56,725 nucleotides of DNA from an uncultured Calditrichaceae bacterium (GCA_964471235.1 CAYYGL010000001.1:71315-128039), one strand, 5' to 3'. Shown: positions 27,148-37,539, counted from the first letter of the stretch. The notes: generated by a model from the sequence alone, not told the origin. Numbers and translations are program-made.

Positions 27148-28620
27148 TTAATCCAGACCCCATTCTTTCATTTTGTAATGTACCCAGCGTAAGGATACCC
27201 CCATGGCTTCCGCCGTTCTGGTTTTGTTGCCGTCATTGGCACGGAGGGTTTTTTCCAGAAGGAGCCGGGAGACTTCTTCCAGGGTCATGCCGGCTTCAAT
27301 GCCGTCACTTTCGGAAATCGAATTCAGAATGATATCCTCTTCCGAAATGAGCGGCTGCGATGCCAGAATCACCGCCCGTTCAATCGCATTTTCCAATTCC
27401 CGCACATTCCCGGGCCAGGGATAGGCGATTAATTTTTCCAACGCCGCCGGTTGGAAGCCGGTGATGGGCTTGTCCATCAACTGAGAAAATTTTTTCAAGA
27501 AGTGCTGCGCTAACAGGGGAATATCTTTTTTGCGTTCCCGCAACGGCGGAATATTGATTTCAATTACATTAAGACGGTAGTAGAGGTCTTCCCGAAACCG
27601 CCCTTCCCGAACTTCTTCGGCGAGGTTGCGATGGGTGGCGGCAATGATCCGCACATCCACCTTGATTGGACGATTGTCTCCCAGGCGCTGGATTTCCCGC
27701 TCCTGCAAAAATCGCAACAATTTAACCTGCAAACCCAGGGGAAGCTCTCCGATTTCATCCAGAAATAAAGTGCCGCTATCCGCCAATTCGATTAAGCCTT
27801 TTTTATCGGTGTTTGCCCCGGTAAAAGCGCCTTTTTTATAGCCGAACAGTTCACTTTCCAACAGGTTTTCGGGAATCGCAGCGCTGTTTACCGTCACAAA
27901 GGGGTTGTTTTTGCGGGGACCGTTATAATGAATTGCCCGGGCAACAAGCTCTTTTCCGGTGCCTGTTTCCCCGGTTACCAAAACCACCGCGGTGTTGTTG
28001 AGTACCTTGCCCATCAATTGCAACACCCGCTCCATCCCTTTGCTTTTGGCAATGATTTCCTTGAAAGAATAAATTCGATGGAACTCCCCTTTCAGCAACT
28101 CATTTTCATTGCGCAGGGAGTCCAGCAAGCGAGCGTTTTCAATTGCAATCGCTGCCTGGTTGGAAAAAGCATTCAGGAATTCCAGACTTTGCTGATCAAA
28201 TCCGGCCGTCTTTCCGCGGCTGTCAATGTAAATGACCCCGATTAATTGCCCCTTCAACAACAACGGCACACAGGCAATCGAGCGTATCTGATGCAATATA
28301 ACGCTTTCTGTGGCATCAAAAGACTTGTCACTTTGAACATCGTATGTTAAAATGGATTTCCGGGTGGTGATGACCTTCTGGATTGCCGAAGAGGAAATCT
28401 CCGATACCTCACTGGCTTTGGTGGGATCAATATTTTTGGAAACCCGGGGGACCAAAGTGTCATCCCTGCCTTCCCGGAGCAAGACAAACCCTCGTTCCGC
28501 AGAAAGCTGCTGAAGAGCAATATCCAGAATCCGTTCCAGCAATGTTTCCAGTTCCTGGATGGAATTGATTTCCTGGCTGATTTCTACCAATGCCGACAGG
28601 TAGCGTTCCGGAACGTTCAT
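27148..28620 (-). CDS. GAF-domain sigma54-dependent activator (bEBP) with a Fis-type HTH
   Basis: N-terminal GAF, GETGTGKELVARAIH, GAFTGA, LFLDEIGE, WPGNVRELEN, GNKTRTAEAMGVS; no receiver domain. Confidence 0.95.
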   Translation of the reverse strand: MNVPERYLSALVEISQEINSIQELETLLERILDIALQQLSAERGFVLLREGRDDTLVPRVSKNIDPTKASEVSEISSSAIQKVITTRKSILTYDVQSDKSFDATESVILHQIRSIACVPLLLKGQLIGVIYIDSRGKTAGFDQQSLEFLNAFSNQAAIAIENARLLDSLRNENELLKGEFHRIYSFKEIIAKSKGMERVLQLMGKVLNNTAVVLVTGETGTGKELVARAIHYNGPRKNNPFVTVNSAAIPENLLESELFGYKKGAFTGANTDKKGLIELADSGTLFLDEIGELPLGLQVKLLRFLQEREIQRLGDNRPIKVDVRIIAATHRNLAEEVREGRFREDLYYRLNVIEINIPPLRERKKDIPLLAQHFLKKFSQLMDKPITGFQPAALEKLIAYPWPGNVRELENAIERAVILASQPLISEEDIILNSISESDGIEAGMTLEEVSRLLLEKTLRANDGNKTRTAEAMGVSLRWVHYKMKEWGLD

Positions 28621-28633
28621 AAGATTTCCTCTG

Positions 28634-29632
28634 TTAAGGTATCATAAAAGATGCTTCTTTAGAGCGGCTGAAATTTTTCAAATTGTCGCGTACGCCAATC
28701 GTCCAGAAATAGGTGCCGCTGGTTAAGGAATCCGGAAACTGATAGGTGGACCGGGCAGGGGATAATTCCGGCGACGTATGGATTAACACCGGTATTCCGG
28801 CGGTAATCCGATAGACCTGGGCAAGATAGGTAAACGAAAACGGCAGGGAGATGGGTTGCCATTCCAACAAGGGCAGGGGAGAGGCGGTTTCCAGATTGGC
28901 TGGCGAAACCGGTATGGGCGCTTCCTCGATAATTCGCTGCAATCGGATTGGACCACCCTGGTTTCTTCCACCGGATTTATCCGTTACCCGCACAAAAGAG
29001 GGCTGTTCAATAAGATGCTGCAAGGATTCCTGGGGCAGGTCGATGTTGTCAATATCCACCACAAACGAATCTCCCCGGGTGGTGGATTCAAACGGTTTTT
29101 GCAAATCGAATGCCGGGAGCCGATAAATAACGGAATCAATGTCCGCCAGCCCGTCGGAGTCTGCCACCACAATTGATAAAAAAGCATGATAAATCTCCCC
29201 GGGCCACCATTGATCGATATGCTCGCTGTGAAACTCCATCTTCCGGATTTGCGGTACGGCATTCAGAAAAAAATTTATCTCTTGCGGAGTAGTGTTATTC
29301 ATGATAGATACGGACAGGGTATCCGGGGTGTAGTTTTCTTTGGAGGCGATCAATCGGTAATTGCCCGGTTCCAGGTCTTCAAAGCGGAAGGCACCGGTTG
29401 CATCGGTCATCCGAAGTTTTAAATCCGGCTGCAATTGAACGATGGCGTTTCGCAGGGGGCGAACCGGCTGATACCGGGTAAACACGATGCCGGAGATGAC
29501 AGCTTTAGAAGAGCCGGTGTTCAGTTCCGGATCTAAAGGGTTGGAGCGAGGTGCTTCCGGAACGCACCCCACCAACAGGCGGATCGAAATCAAAGCGAAA
29601 AGAATTTTATTCACCGGGCGGTTCATCATCAT
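28634..29632 (-). CDS. Lipoprotein with a carboxypeptidase-regulatory-like beta domain
   Basis: LLVGC lipobox, APRSNPLDP, TDATGAFRFEDLEPGNYRLIA; start probably at the MMM near 29632. Confidence 0.75.
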   Translation of the reverse strand: MMMNRPVNKILFALISIRLLVGCVPEAPRSNPLDPELNTGSSKAVISGIVFTRYQPVRPLRNAIVQLQPDLKLRMTDATGAFRFEDLEPGNYRLIASKENYTPDTLSVSIMNNTTPQEINFFLNAVPQIRKMEFHSEHIDQWWPGEIYHAFLSIVVADSDGLADIDSVIYRLPAFDLQKPFESTTRGDSFVVDIDNIDLPQESLQHLIEQPSFVRVTDKSGGRNQGGPIRLQRIIEEAPIPVSPANLETASPLPLLEWQPISLPFSFTYLAQVYRITAGIPVLIHTSPELSPARSTYQFPDSLTSGTYFWTIGVRDNLKNFSRSKEASFMIP

Positions 29633-29849
29633 CTCATCGACAGAGTTTGACCAAACAGAAAATAAATTAACCCTGTGGAAGATGTTGAACAAGGGAAAGT
29701 TTAGGATGTGCGACCCGGTTGTTGTTTAAATGCCGCTGGTGGGTGACCAAAGCTCAACTCTTCCCCCATTTTCGCCGGGGGTAGGGTAACCCCCATCTTT
29801 CCCGTGCGGCGTACATCCTTTAGCTATCGTAAAACTCTTTACCCGCCGG

Positions 29850-32800
29850 TCACACCGGTGAAATTACCGGAGCCGCATCCGCCTTCTCTTCGAATAACCG
29901 TGCTTGTTCAGAATCTCCCATCTCCCGGTACAACTTGCTAATCAGCCGCAGTTCCGATTCTTTTAATTGTTCACCATCTTCCTTCACACATTCGGAAAGC
30001 AGTTGACTTGCGGCTTCCTTTTCTCCCTGCATCACCAATTGATGCGCCACATATAGCCGTGGCGTATTCAGCAGCCGACGTTTTTCCAACAGCGTTTCGT
30101 TGTTCGGCTGGTGGGATAGGGCAGCATCCAACAACTCTGCCGCTGCCTGGAAGTTGCCGTCTTCAATATACAAATCGGCCAATCGCTGGTAGGCATCCAT
30201 ATCTTTCGGGTGTGTTCGGATTAAATGAATATACAAAGCGATTGCCTCCTCAAACTGTTCCGTTGTTAAATAGGCATCCGCTAAGTTTTTCATATATTGC
30301 GGGTTTTCCGGGTGATGTTGCCATGCCTGTTGAAAATAGGAAATCGCCTTGGAAACCTCCCCGTTCTCCCACAGTCGCACCCCAATCAGGTTGCAAACTT
30401 CCGCATCATCGGGGCGGATGGCGTGGTACTGTTTCAGAATGGAAAGAATCTCCCCTTCCTTGCCGTTGTTGTTCAGGAAATTTTCATACAGTTCAAGTAT
30501 TTCGCGATTTCCCGGCGAGAGCGAAAATGCTCTTTCCAATGCCCATTTTTGCCCTGCCTTATCTTCCTTTTCTGCATCCAGACGTGCTTTTTCTATAAGA
30601 TGAAGCAGCCATAATGCCTGGGGGGTTTCCAGGTCTTTCCATTTCTCGATGAAAATTGCCCGGTTTTTATCTAACATTTTCTGATAATTAATTTTGTTAC
30701 CCTTAAATGTACTGCTGCCGTAATGATGCACAAAAACTTCCCGGGCTAATGCCAACTTGTAGCCGGCAATACTGGCACGCAGGCAGTAATCATCATCCTC
30801 AAAGTTCCCTTTGCCAAATCGTTCATCCAGTAAACCGATTTTCTCAATCACCTCTCGCTTAATCATCAAACAAAAACCAACCAATCGAACCACGGCATTG
30901 ACCTGGTCTTTATGAACGACGCGATAATTTCGAGCGAACGCTTCGAATTCCGCCAAATCTTTATAGGCCGCATCGGGTTCCATTTGTTCACCACTGATGT
31001 AATTGGTCATGGGACCCACCAGCCCGATGGTAGAATCTTTTTCGAAAGCGCTCAGCATTCCTTCCAGCCAGCCTTCCGAGACCACCACATCATTGTTTAA
31101 CAGCACAACGTAATCCCCCTTTGCCTGTTCAATGCCCTGGTTGTTTCCCGCGGCAAACCCCTTGTTGGTTTTATTGACAATCAGGTGAAAATTGTCGTGC
31201 TTCTTTGCCCATTTTCGTAAATAATTCACCGTTCCATCCGTTGAGCCGTTGTCAACCACAATAACCTCGTGTGGAATTCCGGTATGTTTCTCAATACTTG
31301 CCAGGCATTCTTTGGTGCGATCAAGTTGGTTAAATGTTAGAATTACAATGGATACCAACGTTTCCCGGGGCTGGAATCTTTCCGCTATCATTGCACTGAT
31401 ATCCGGACTATCTTTTACGGAAGTCAATTCTCGGGGTGGGGAGTACGGTTGCAACTCCCGCTCTTTGGCAAGATAACGGTGATTATCTTTTTTTAAAATC
31501 AGGTCAGGCTTAATTTTACCTAACCAGCGTTCGTGAAGCCGCTTTACATTCTCAGAAACTTTGATAAATCGCTGCGCCCCGCTCTGCTGTTCATAATGAA
31601 TCAAGACGCTGTGGGGCTGATAGATCAATTTCCAACCGTCCTGATAGATTTTGAAACACAGGTCTACATCTTCATAGCCGTTCCAGTAGCCCTCGTCAAA
31701 TCCACCCACTTTTTGAAAAATCTCGCGACGAATCATTAAACTGGCTGCCGTTAAGACTTTGTAAGTTCTCATCCCGTTTGTTTCCGGATAATCACCCGGT
31801 TTTTTGTAATAGAAATGGCGAGCTAACAAATGATCCGGTAAAATATGATTTTCCACCACCACCACACCGGCATGCTGGATGGTGCCATCCGGAAAGAGAA
31901 GCTTGCTACCGGTGGCACCCACGGTTTCATCAACATCCAATACTTCTACTAAGGGCGGCAGCCAGTTTGGCAGCGGTTCGGTATCGTTATTCAGGAAATG
32001 GAGATATTTCCCGCGGGCATAATGGGCACCGATATTACACGCACGGGAAAACCCCAGGTTATCCGGATTGATCACATAATAAAAATTGGGGTACTTGTCG
32101 GCAGCCTCTTTCAGAAAGGTTTTGGTGTCATCAGTGGAGCCGTTGTCAACCACAATCACTTCAAATGAGAATTCCGGGGCATCCCCGGGAGTATTTTGAT
32201 ACAAGGTTTCTATGCACTGCCGGGTGAATTCCACTTTATTGAATACTGGAATGATAATTGAGACTTTCACCTCAGAAGCTGGAGGTGATTGGGGGTAAAT
32301 CTCCGGCAATACTTGTTCTTCGGAGCCGGATTCATCTAAACTGGTGCTCGCTTTGGCGGCTTTCTGCCGCTCGGTTTGCTGGTATTCCAGACTCTCCCGG
32401 GCGATTTGATTTTCGGGATCCCGGCGCAATACCTCCTCATAACACCAGGCAGACTCTTCGATGAATCCCAGCAGGAAGTATAATTGACCGGCTTGCAGCA
32501 GTGTATGAAGATCATCCGGTTTTTCTTTTAAAATCTCAACAAATAGTTCTAGGGCTCGTTCGTTTTCTCCCAGTTCGGCATAAAGATCGGCGAGGTTCAT
32601 TTTAGCAATCATATTCTGCGGATCGAATTGCACAGCATTCTCAAAATGATGCAGTGCGGATTTTTTATCTCCTTTTTGATAATAGATTGCTGCCAGTTCA
32701 TTATGTGCCAAACCGGATTTCGGATATCGGGCAACAATTTCCTGTAATCTTTGCAGCGCTGCTTCCTGCTGCCCGTTTCGGATAAGATTTTGAACTCTCA

Positions 32801-33641
32801 TTAATTCCGCTTCCGCGGTTTTGCCGTTTACTTTTTCTTGCTTCGGTAAGCTGCCGGGATAACGGGCAACAAATTCCTGGTAAACTCCTCCGGCTTCCCT
32901 GCACAGGTCATCATACAGATGAAAGACCGGCTTAAATTGGGGATAAGAAAAGATGGGAGCTTCCGGAGATTTAAAATGCCGGATTTTCGGTGAGATTGCC
33001 GACACTGCCCGACGCTGTTCTTCCGGAGAAAGCTCTACCCCCAGCCAGCCTAAAATTCGTCTTAACTCCGCCTCCGGATTATGAAAAAAAGCATCATAAT
33101 GGGTTACCAGCCGCTCTTCCGGCTGAGTGGCATCCAATAAAATGCGGTTGTAATGGTACCACAGGTGCAGTCCCAGGGTATACGAAAACCCGTTCCGCTG
33201 CCTCAAGGATTGGGCAACCTCCCGGGGATCGCGCAGGCTTACAATGACTTTGACGCCGGGAAGCAGACTTTTCCAGAAAGGGAAGGTGAGGCAATTGCGC
33301 GGGTCTTTCCAGCCCCAGAATTCATGCCCGGTGAAGTTCCGCAGATGTTTTTCCGCTATGGGACGAATCAGTTGCATGGGCATTGAATTTGTCCAATCCG
33401 GCGGGTATTGGGGGATATAATCCCATGCGCCCCCCAACAGATTTAAAATTTCCTCATTAATTGCCACAAAATCCAGGTTTTCCCAGAATCCTTCCGGATT
33501 CTCCTTTGCAGCCGGCATGATCTGCTCTTCCGGGCCCAGGTATAAACCGGCAAGATTTAACATTCGGGTAACCATAGAAGTACCGGAACGGTGCATTCCT
33601 GCAATGCATATCGGATTCATTTTATGCTCCTTCTTTGTCAT
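29850..33641 (-). CDS. Multidomain sulfotransferase-like / TPR / GT2 / GT2 / TPR glycosyltransferase
   Basis: IAGMHRSGTS and WGWKDPR; TPRs; two VSI(I/V)I..VVDNGSTD..LNND GT2 domains. Confidence 0.9.
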   Translation of the reverse strand: MTKKEHKMNPICIAGMHRSGTSMVTRMLNLAGLYLGPEEQIMPAAKENPEGFWENLDFVAINEEILNLLGGAWDYIPQYPPDWTNSMPMQLIRPIAEKHLRNFTGHEFWGWKDPRNCLTFPFWKSLLPGVKVIVSLRDPREVAQSLRQRNGFSYTLGLHLWYHYNRILLDATQPEERLVTHYDAFFHNPEAELRRILGWLGVELSPEEQRRAVSAISPKIRHFKSPEAPIFSYPQFKPVFHLYDDLCREAGGVYQEFVARYPGSLPKQEKVNGKTAEAELMRVQNLIRNGQQEAALQRLQEIVARYPKSGLAHNELAAIYYQKGDKKSALHHFENAVQFDPQNMIAKMNLADLYAELGENERALELFVEILKEKPDDLHTLLQAGQLYFLLGFIEESAWCYEEVLRRDPENQIARESLEYQQTERQKAAKASTSLDESGSEEQVLPEIYPQSPPASEVKVSIIIPVFNKVEFTRQCIETLYQNTPGDAPEFSFEVIVVDNGSTDDTKTFLKEAADKYPNFYYVINPDNLGFSRACNIGAHYARGKYLHFLNNDTEPLPNWLPPLVEVLDVDETVGATGSKLLFPDGTIQHAGVVVVENHILPDHLLARHFYYKKPGDYPETNGMRTYKVLTAASLMIRREIFQKVGGFDEGYWNGYEDVDLCFKIYQDGWKLIYQPHSVLIHYEQQSGAQRFIKVSENVKRLHERWLGKIKPDLILKKDNHRYLAKERELQPYSPPRELTSVKDSPDISAMIAERFQPRETLVSIVILTFNQLDRTKECLASIEKHTGIPHEVIVVDNGSTDGTVNYLRKWAKKHDNFHLIVNKTNKGFAAGNNQGIEQAKGDYVVLLNNDVVVSEGWLEGMLSAFEKDSTIGLVGPMTNYISGEQMEPDAAYKDLAEFEAFARNYRVVHKDQVNAVVRLVGFCLMIKREVIEKIGLLDERFGKGNFEDDDYCLRASIAGYKLALAREVFVHHYGSSTFKGNKINYQKMLDKNRAIFIEKWKDLETPQALWLLHLIEKARLDAEKEDKAGQKWALERAFSLSPGNREILELYENFLNNNGKEGEILSILKQYHAIRPDDAEVCNLIGVRLWENGEVSKAISYFQQAWQHHPENPQYMKNLADAYLTTEQFEEAIALYIHLIRTHPKDMDAYQRLADLYIEDGNFQAAAELLDAALSHQPNNETLLEKRRLLNTPRLYVAHQLVMQGEKEAASQLLSECVKEDGEQLKESELRLISKLYREMGDSEQARLFEEKADAAPVISPV

Positions 33642-34981
33642 TCAATATATCCCAAATCCCGAAGTCTTTCTTCGATGATCTGTGCTTCTTTGCTGTTGAT
33701 ATCCACAAAATGGGAACGGTTGTCTTCGAGTTGTTCATCCACAAATTGCTCCATCTCGCTGGCAATCTCCGGGTAAGTTTCGATCACGTTGTGGGTTTCC
33801 CGGGGATCGCTTTCCAGGTCCCAGAGTACCCGGTGGGTAACGCCTTCCGCCTCCACCCGCCAGTATTTCCAGCGGTTGCTTTTTGCCCCCCGCAGGTAAC
33901 AGCGGCTTTCAAATTTTTTTCCGCCGCTGCCGTTGGCTTCGATGTATATTTTCTCCTGCTCCGTCGGCTTGAACAACGAAGTACTTTCCGGAACCTCCCC
34001 GGGAATTTTCTCAATACCAGCCAGGTCCAATAACGTGGCGAAAATATCGGTTTGGGAGCGCAGCTCCCGGGATATCCTGCCCGGCCGGGTGTGCTCTTCA
34101 TCCACAATGATTAACGGCACCCGCACCAGGTCTTCGGTCAGATGAAACCCGTGCCCCACCACATTATGGGCGTAAATTTTGGCAGTGACATCCCCCAACT
34201 CTTTTTCCAGTGCTGCATACCAGCCGTCGTAATCAAAGCCGTTGCGTTGTTCCCGGGAGAATCGCTGGTACAATTCCAGAACGGCTTTTTCGTTTCCACC
34301 CAATTGTTCATTCAGCAGGTAATCTTCCGGCAGCCGTTCCCCGTGATCTCCCATGTAAAGCAGGGAGGTCCCTCGGAAATCCACCTCCCGGAACATCAGG
34401 TGCAGATAGTGATCCACAAAGGAGAGGGCGCGGTCGTAAGCGGTTTGCCCGAAATCCGGTGTGTTGAACGGTTCGGGATTCTGATACGGCTGATGCGCTT
34501 CCCAGAAATGAAGTACCAGAAACCAGGGTTCTTGCAGGCGGGGAAAGAAATCTCCCAGGTATTGTAAAAATCCCCGGTGCAGGTATTCCTGGCGTTCCCG
34601 GGTGCGGTAATGCATAAACCCCCGGTTTAATCCGGTTTCCGGTATCAACGGACCGGATACTTCCGCATAGGTATGATACCCGTGGTGCCCCAGGATTTCC
34701 GCTACCGTTTCCACCTCTTCCAGCAAAGAATAACGGGAATGTTCTTTGATGCCATGCCGAACCGGCAGCCTCCCGGTAAACATGCTGGCAAAATTCGGGG
34801 AAGTGGTGCTGGACACCGAGTGAAAGTTGGTCCAGGTGGTTCCCCGGCTGCGTAAAAATTCCAGAAATGGCAGCCGGGCGCTGCGACGGGTTCCGGGAGT
34901 GCTTCTCGGTAAATCCAAAACTGTCTTTTCCCCGCGGGCACAATCTACCACAATCATTAAAATGTTTTTCATCTTCTTCAT
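33638..34981 (-). CDS. Sulfatase-like / alkaline-phosphatase-superfamily hydrolase or transferase
   Basis: NILMIVVDC, TSPNFASMFTG, HFWEAHQPY, GDHGE, HGFHL..VRVPLI, DLESDPRE, RLRDLGYI. Confidence 0.85.
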   Translation of the reverse strand: MKKMKNILMIVVDCARGEKTVLDLPRSTPGTRRSARLPFLEFLRSRGTTWTNFHSVSSTTSPNFASMFTGRLPVRHGIKEHSRYSLLEEVETVAEILGHHGYHTYAEVSGPLIPETGLNRGFMHYRTRERQEYLHRGFLQYLGDFFPRLQEPWFLVLHFWEAHQPYQNPEPFNTPDFGQTAYDRALSFVDHYLHLMFREVDFRGTSLLYMGDHGERLPEDYLLNEQLGGNEKAVLELYQRFSREQRNGFDYDGWYAALEKELGDVTAKIYAHNVVGHGFHLTEDLVRVPLIIVDEEHTRPGRISRELRSQTDIFATLLDLAGIEKIPGEVPESTSLFKPTEQEKIYIEANGSGGKKFESRCYLRGAKSNRWKYWRVEAEGVTHRVLWDLESDPRETHNVIETYPEIASEMEQFVDEQLEDNRSHFVDINSKEAQIIEERLRDLGYIE

Positions 34982-35005
34982 TGCTTTCTCCTCAAGGCAA
35001 CATAT

Positions 35006-36607
35006 TTAGGATACTTTCCCATTTCCGGTTTGCGGTTCCGGGGAAACTTTGTGAAAGACCCCCATCCAGCCCAGGTTTTCTTCCGGATCAGCTTCTATTT
35101 CATGGATTAACCGAAATCCTTCCGCTTCAATTTTCTTCACCAGATCGTCCTGTTCCACCAACTGACGTTGGGTGCGAATGGCGAAAAAGCTGCCGGTTTT
35201 GCGCAGGGCGTTTAACAGGGTGTTCATGCGTTCATTTTGGGGCAGATGGTGGTAAAGCCCCAGAAACAGCACAATATCATATTTATCCAGCAGCATCCCA
35301 TTTTGCCGGCTGGTAAAGGCTTCCCAGGAACTTAAATCTGCGCTACGAAACTCAAACTCTTTTACCGGGGTTTGGGAGAGAATCTTTTTGGCAATCTCTA
35401 CCCGCCCGGGATCCAATTCATAGCCGTGAATTAACTTACATCCGTTATTAGCAAAATAGCTGGCAATGACTCCCTCGGCAGCGCCCAGGTCTAATACCGT
35501 GCTGTCGCGGCAATTTTCGAATAATACTTCCAACCCGGAGAGCCGCAATTTGGGGTCCCATTTCCCATACAGTCCGTATTCCGGCATCCGGAAATACGAT
35601 TTTACCCGGGGCTGATAAATGATGGAAAGCAGTTGACTGGCATAGGACAGCCAGGTAAAGGAACGCATTCGCTGGGCTGCGCGAAAAGCAATTCCCCCGG
35701 CGAGTGTCGGATCAGCCGTCAGGCGGCGGATGCTGTCGGCAATTGCCCGGCTGTTTACTTCCGGCAATACCAGGGCAGTCCCCATGTTTTCCGCAAAGTC
35801 GATGGTTCCGTGTGGAGTGACAATGCTTGGCACGCCACACGCCATTGCTTCTGCGGCGCTGTTGCACCAGCCGGCGCGGGTTTCGGTGCTGACAAAAATA
35901 TCTATCGTTTGGTAAAAATTGCGTAAATCTTCTCCATATAGCGGTCCGTAAAACCGAACTCGTCCCTGACGCTGCCAGTTGGCGAATTGCCCGGCAAGTC
36001 CGGGTGGTGCGGCACCAAAAAGGTGCAGGGTGTATTCATCCGGCAGTAATTCCAACGCCTGGAGCAGGGGCAGTGGATTTTTGGTCGCAAATCCGCCAAT
36101 TGCCCATTCGGACGGCTGAGCCGGAAAAGATTTGAAAGGAGCGGGATAAAACAAATCACCGTCCACCGCGCCGGGTAAAAAGTGAAAGGCATCGGCAGAG
36201 AGTTTGCGGAAATCTTTTAACTGCCAGTGGGAATTGTTAGCCACCACGATGTGGGGTGCGAACAGCTTATTCACCAGCGCAAAACGGGAATAGAGTGAAG
36301 TGTCATTTAATATATGCTGCACCCGAACACCGAAGCGGGGCAATTTTAGCAACGCCAGCAGACTCAGGGTCTGGTCATTCTCCCCGGCGCCGGGGACCAT
36401 CACTGCATCCCAGGTTTGGGAACTTGCCTGCTCATAAGTTAAAATTTCTCCCGGAAAATTCTGCCAGTCAGTATGGGTATTGTTGGTCAACGATAAAAAC
36501 CGCACTTGGTAACCAACCCGATTCAAAACCTTGGCAACATTGATAAAACGGCTGATTCCCCCATTGATGGAAAAGTTAAACCAGGCAACCAATATTTTTT
36601 TGTTCAT
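35006..36607 (-). CDS. GT4 glycosyltransferase fused to a SAM-dependent methyltransferase
   Basis: GGISRF, EAMACGVPSIVT; C-terminal VLDLGAAEG, YDIVLFLGLYHHL. Confidence 0.85.
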   Translation of the reverse strand: MNKKILVAWFNFSINGGISRFINVAKVLNRVGYQVRFLSLTNNTHTDWQNFPGEILTYEQASSQTWDAVMVPGAGENDQTLSLLALLKLPRFGVRVQHILNDTSLYSRFALVNKLFAPHIVVANNSHWQLKDFRKLSADAFHFLPGAVDGDLFYPAPFKSFPAQPSEWAIGGFATKNPLPLLQALELLPDEYTLHLFGAAPPGLAGQFANWQRQGRVRFYGPLYGEDLRNFYQTIDIFVSTETRAGWCNSAAEAMACGVPSIVTPHGTIDFAENMGTALVLPEVNSRAIADSIRRLTADPTLAGGIAFRAAQRMRSFTWLSYASQLLSIIYQPRVKSYFRMPEYGLYGKWDPKLRLSGLEVLFENCRDSTVLDLGAAEGVIASYFANNGCKLIHGYELDPGRVEIAKKILSQTPVKEFEFRSADLSSWEAFTSRQNGMLLDKYDIVLFLGLYHHLPQNERMNTLLNALRKTGSFFAIRTQRQLVEQDDLVKKIEAEGFRLIHEIEADPEENLGWMGVFHKVSPEPQTGNGKVS

Positions 36608-36649
36608 CGTAGCTCCTGTTCCAATAGAATTGTGAACGGTTGTGGATGA

Positions 36650-36910
36650 CTACACTCGTTCGGTTTTAAATTTTTTCAACTTATTTTTTGCCCCGTTGAT
36701 GCTGTAAAGTTCATCTTTCAGTAAATGTTTAATTTCGAGTAATTGGCGAATATGGTGATCGTTATAGAGGCGGTGTCCGCCCGGGGAACGCATCGGGGTA
36801 AAAAACTCGGAGAATTCCTTTTCCCAGTAGCGAAGAGTGTGGGGAGAAATTTTCAGGAGTTCGCAAACGTCTTTGACTTTTAAAAATCCATTTTTGACAG
36901 TGCCTTCCAT
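36650..36910 (-). CDS. MerR-family HTH protein (HTH only)
   Basis: VKDVCELLKISPHTLRYWEKEF..RSPGGHRLY. Confidence 0.9.
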   Translation of the reverse strand: MEGTVKNGFLKVKDVCELLKISPHTLRYWEKEFSEFFTPMRSPGGHRLYNDHHIRQLLEIKHLLKDELYSINGAKNKLKKFKTERV

Positions 36911-37353
36911 AGCACAACCCTCTTATCTTCCGGCATAAGATTCCTGTGTAACGGATAGAAAGCCGGTCGGGCAGGTGGGGAGGGAACAGATGTAACGAAA
37001 TAAAGTGCGGGTTTGTTCGGCTAAGTCCATGCCATCTTCCTGCTTTCTTCCGTGAAACTTTGATATTTACTCTAACTTTTGTCTGATATTCGACTCGGAG
37101 GTAACAGACTTTAGAAAAGGATGCGAAATGACCCTGGTTTAACATCTCCCATAATTCACCTTTTATCGAGGTTGATGATAAACCGAACCCTTCATGTTGA
37201 GAGGGCGGTGGTCGCTACACGCTCATTCGGGAGGAAACAGGTGGTGAAGCTGGCGAGATTTGCGCAGGCATTGCCAAAGGGATTTCCGGCGCTGCGGATC
37301 ATAATAAGGATAACCGATGATAATGGGAAGAGACTTTTCATTAACACCCTCGC

Positions 37354-37478
37354 TTATGAAGTTTGAATAATTAATCGGGCTATTTTTAATGCTCGCAGCG
37401 GAGCGTCAAAACAAGTTTTGACGCTCCGTTGTAAACGTAGGAGCGACAAAATTTATTTTGTCGGTGGCACGGTTATTT
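37354..37478. repeat. Dispersed repeat containing a REP-like palindrome doublet
   Basis: CGGAGCGTCAAAAC-AA-GTTTTGACGCTCCG (37399-37428) and GTAG-GAGCGACAAAAT-TT-ATTTTGTCG (37437-37463); the left 43 bp recur at 56683-56725. Confidence 0.8.
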
Positions 37479-37539
37479 AATCAAACTCTATTAGCGAGGT
37501 GACGGTGAGCGACGGAGGGTGCCGGAACCACTTCAGCGG

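Noticed and set aside
36650-36910. MerR protein as the metal sensor of the efflux island
   Set aside because: HTH only, no C-terminal Cys metal-binding domain, and it heads a glycosylation operon 16 kb away
37019-37035. Sigma54-like TGGCAT-N5-TAGC upstream of the MerR gene
   Set aside because: Weak -12 match and no enhancer-like sites; insufficient support
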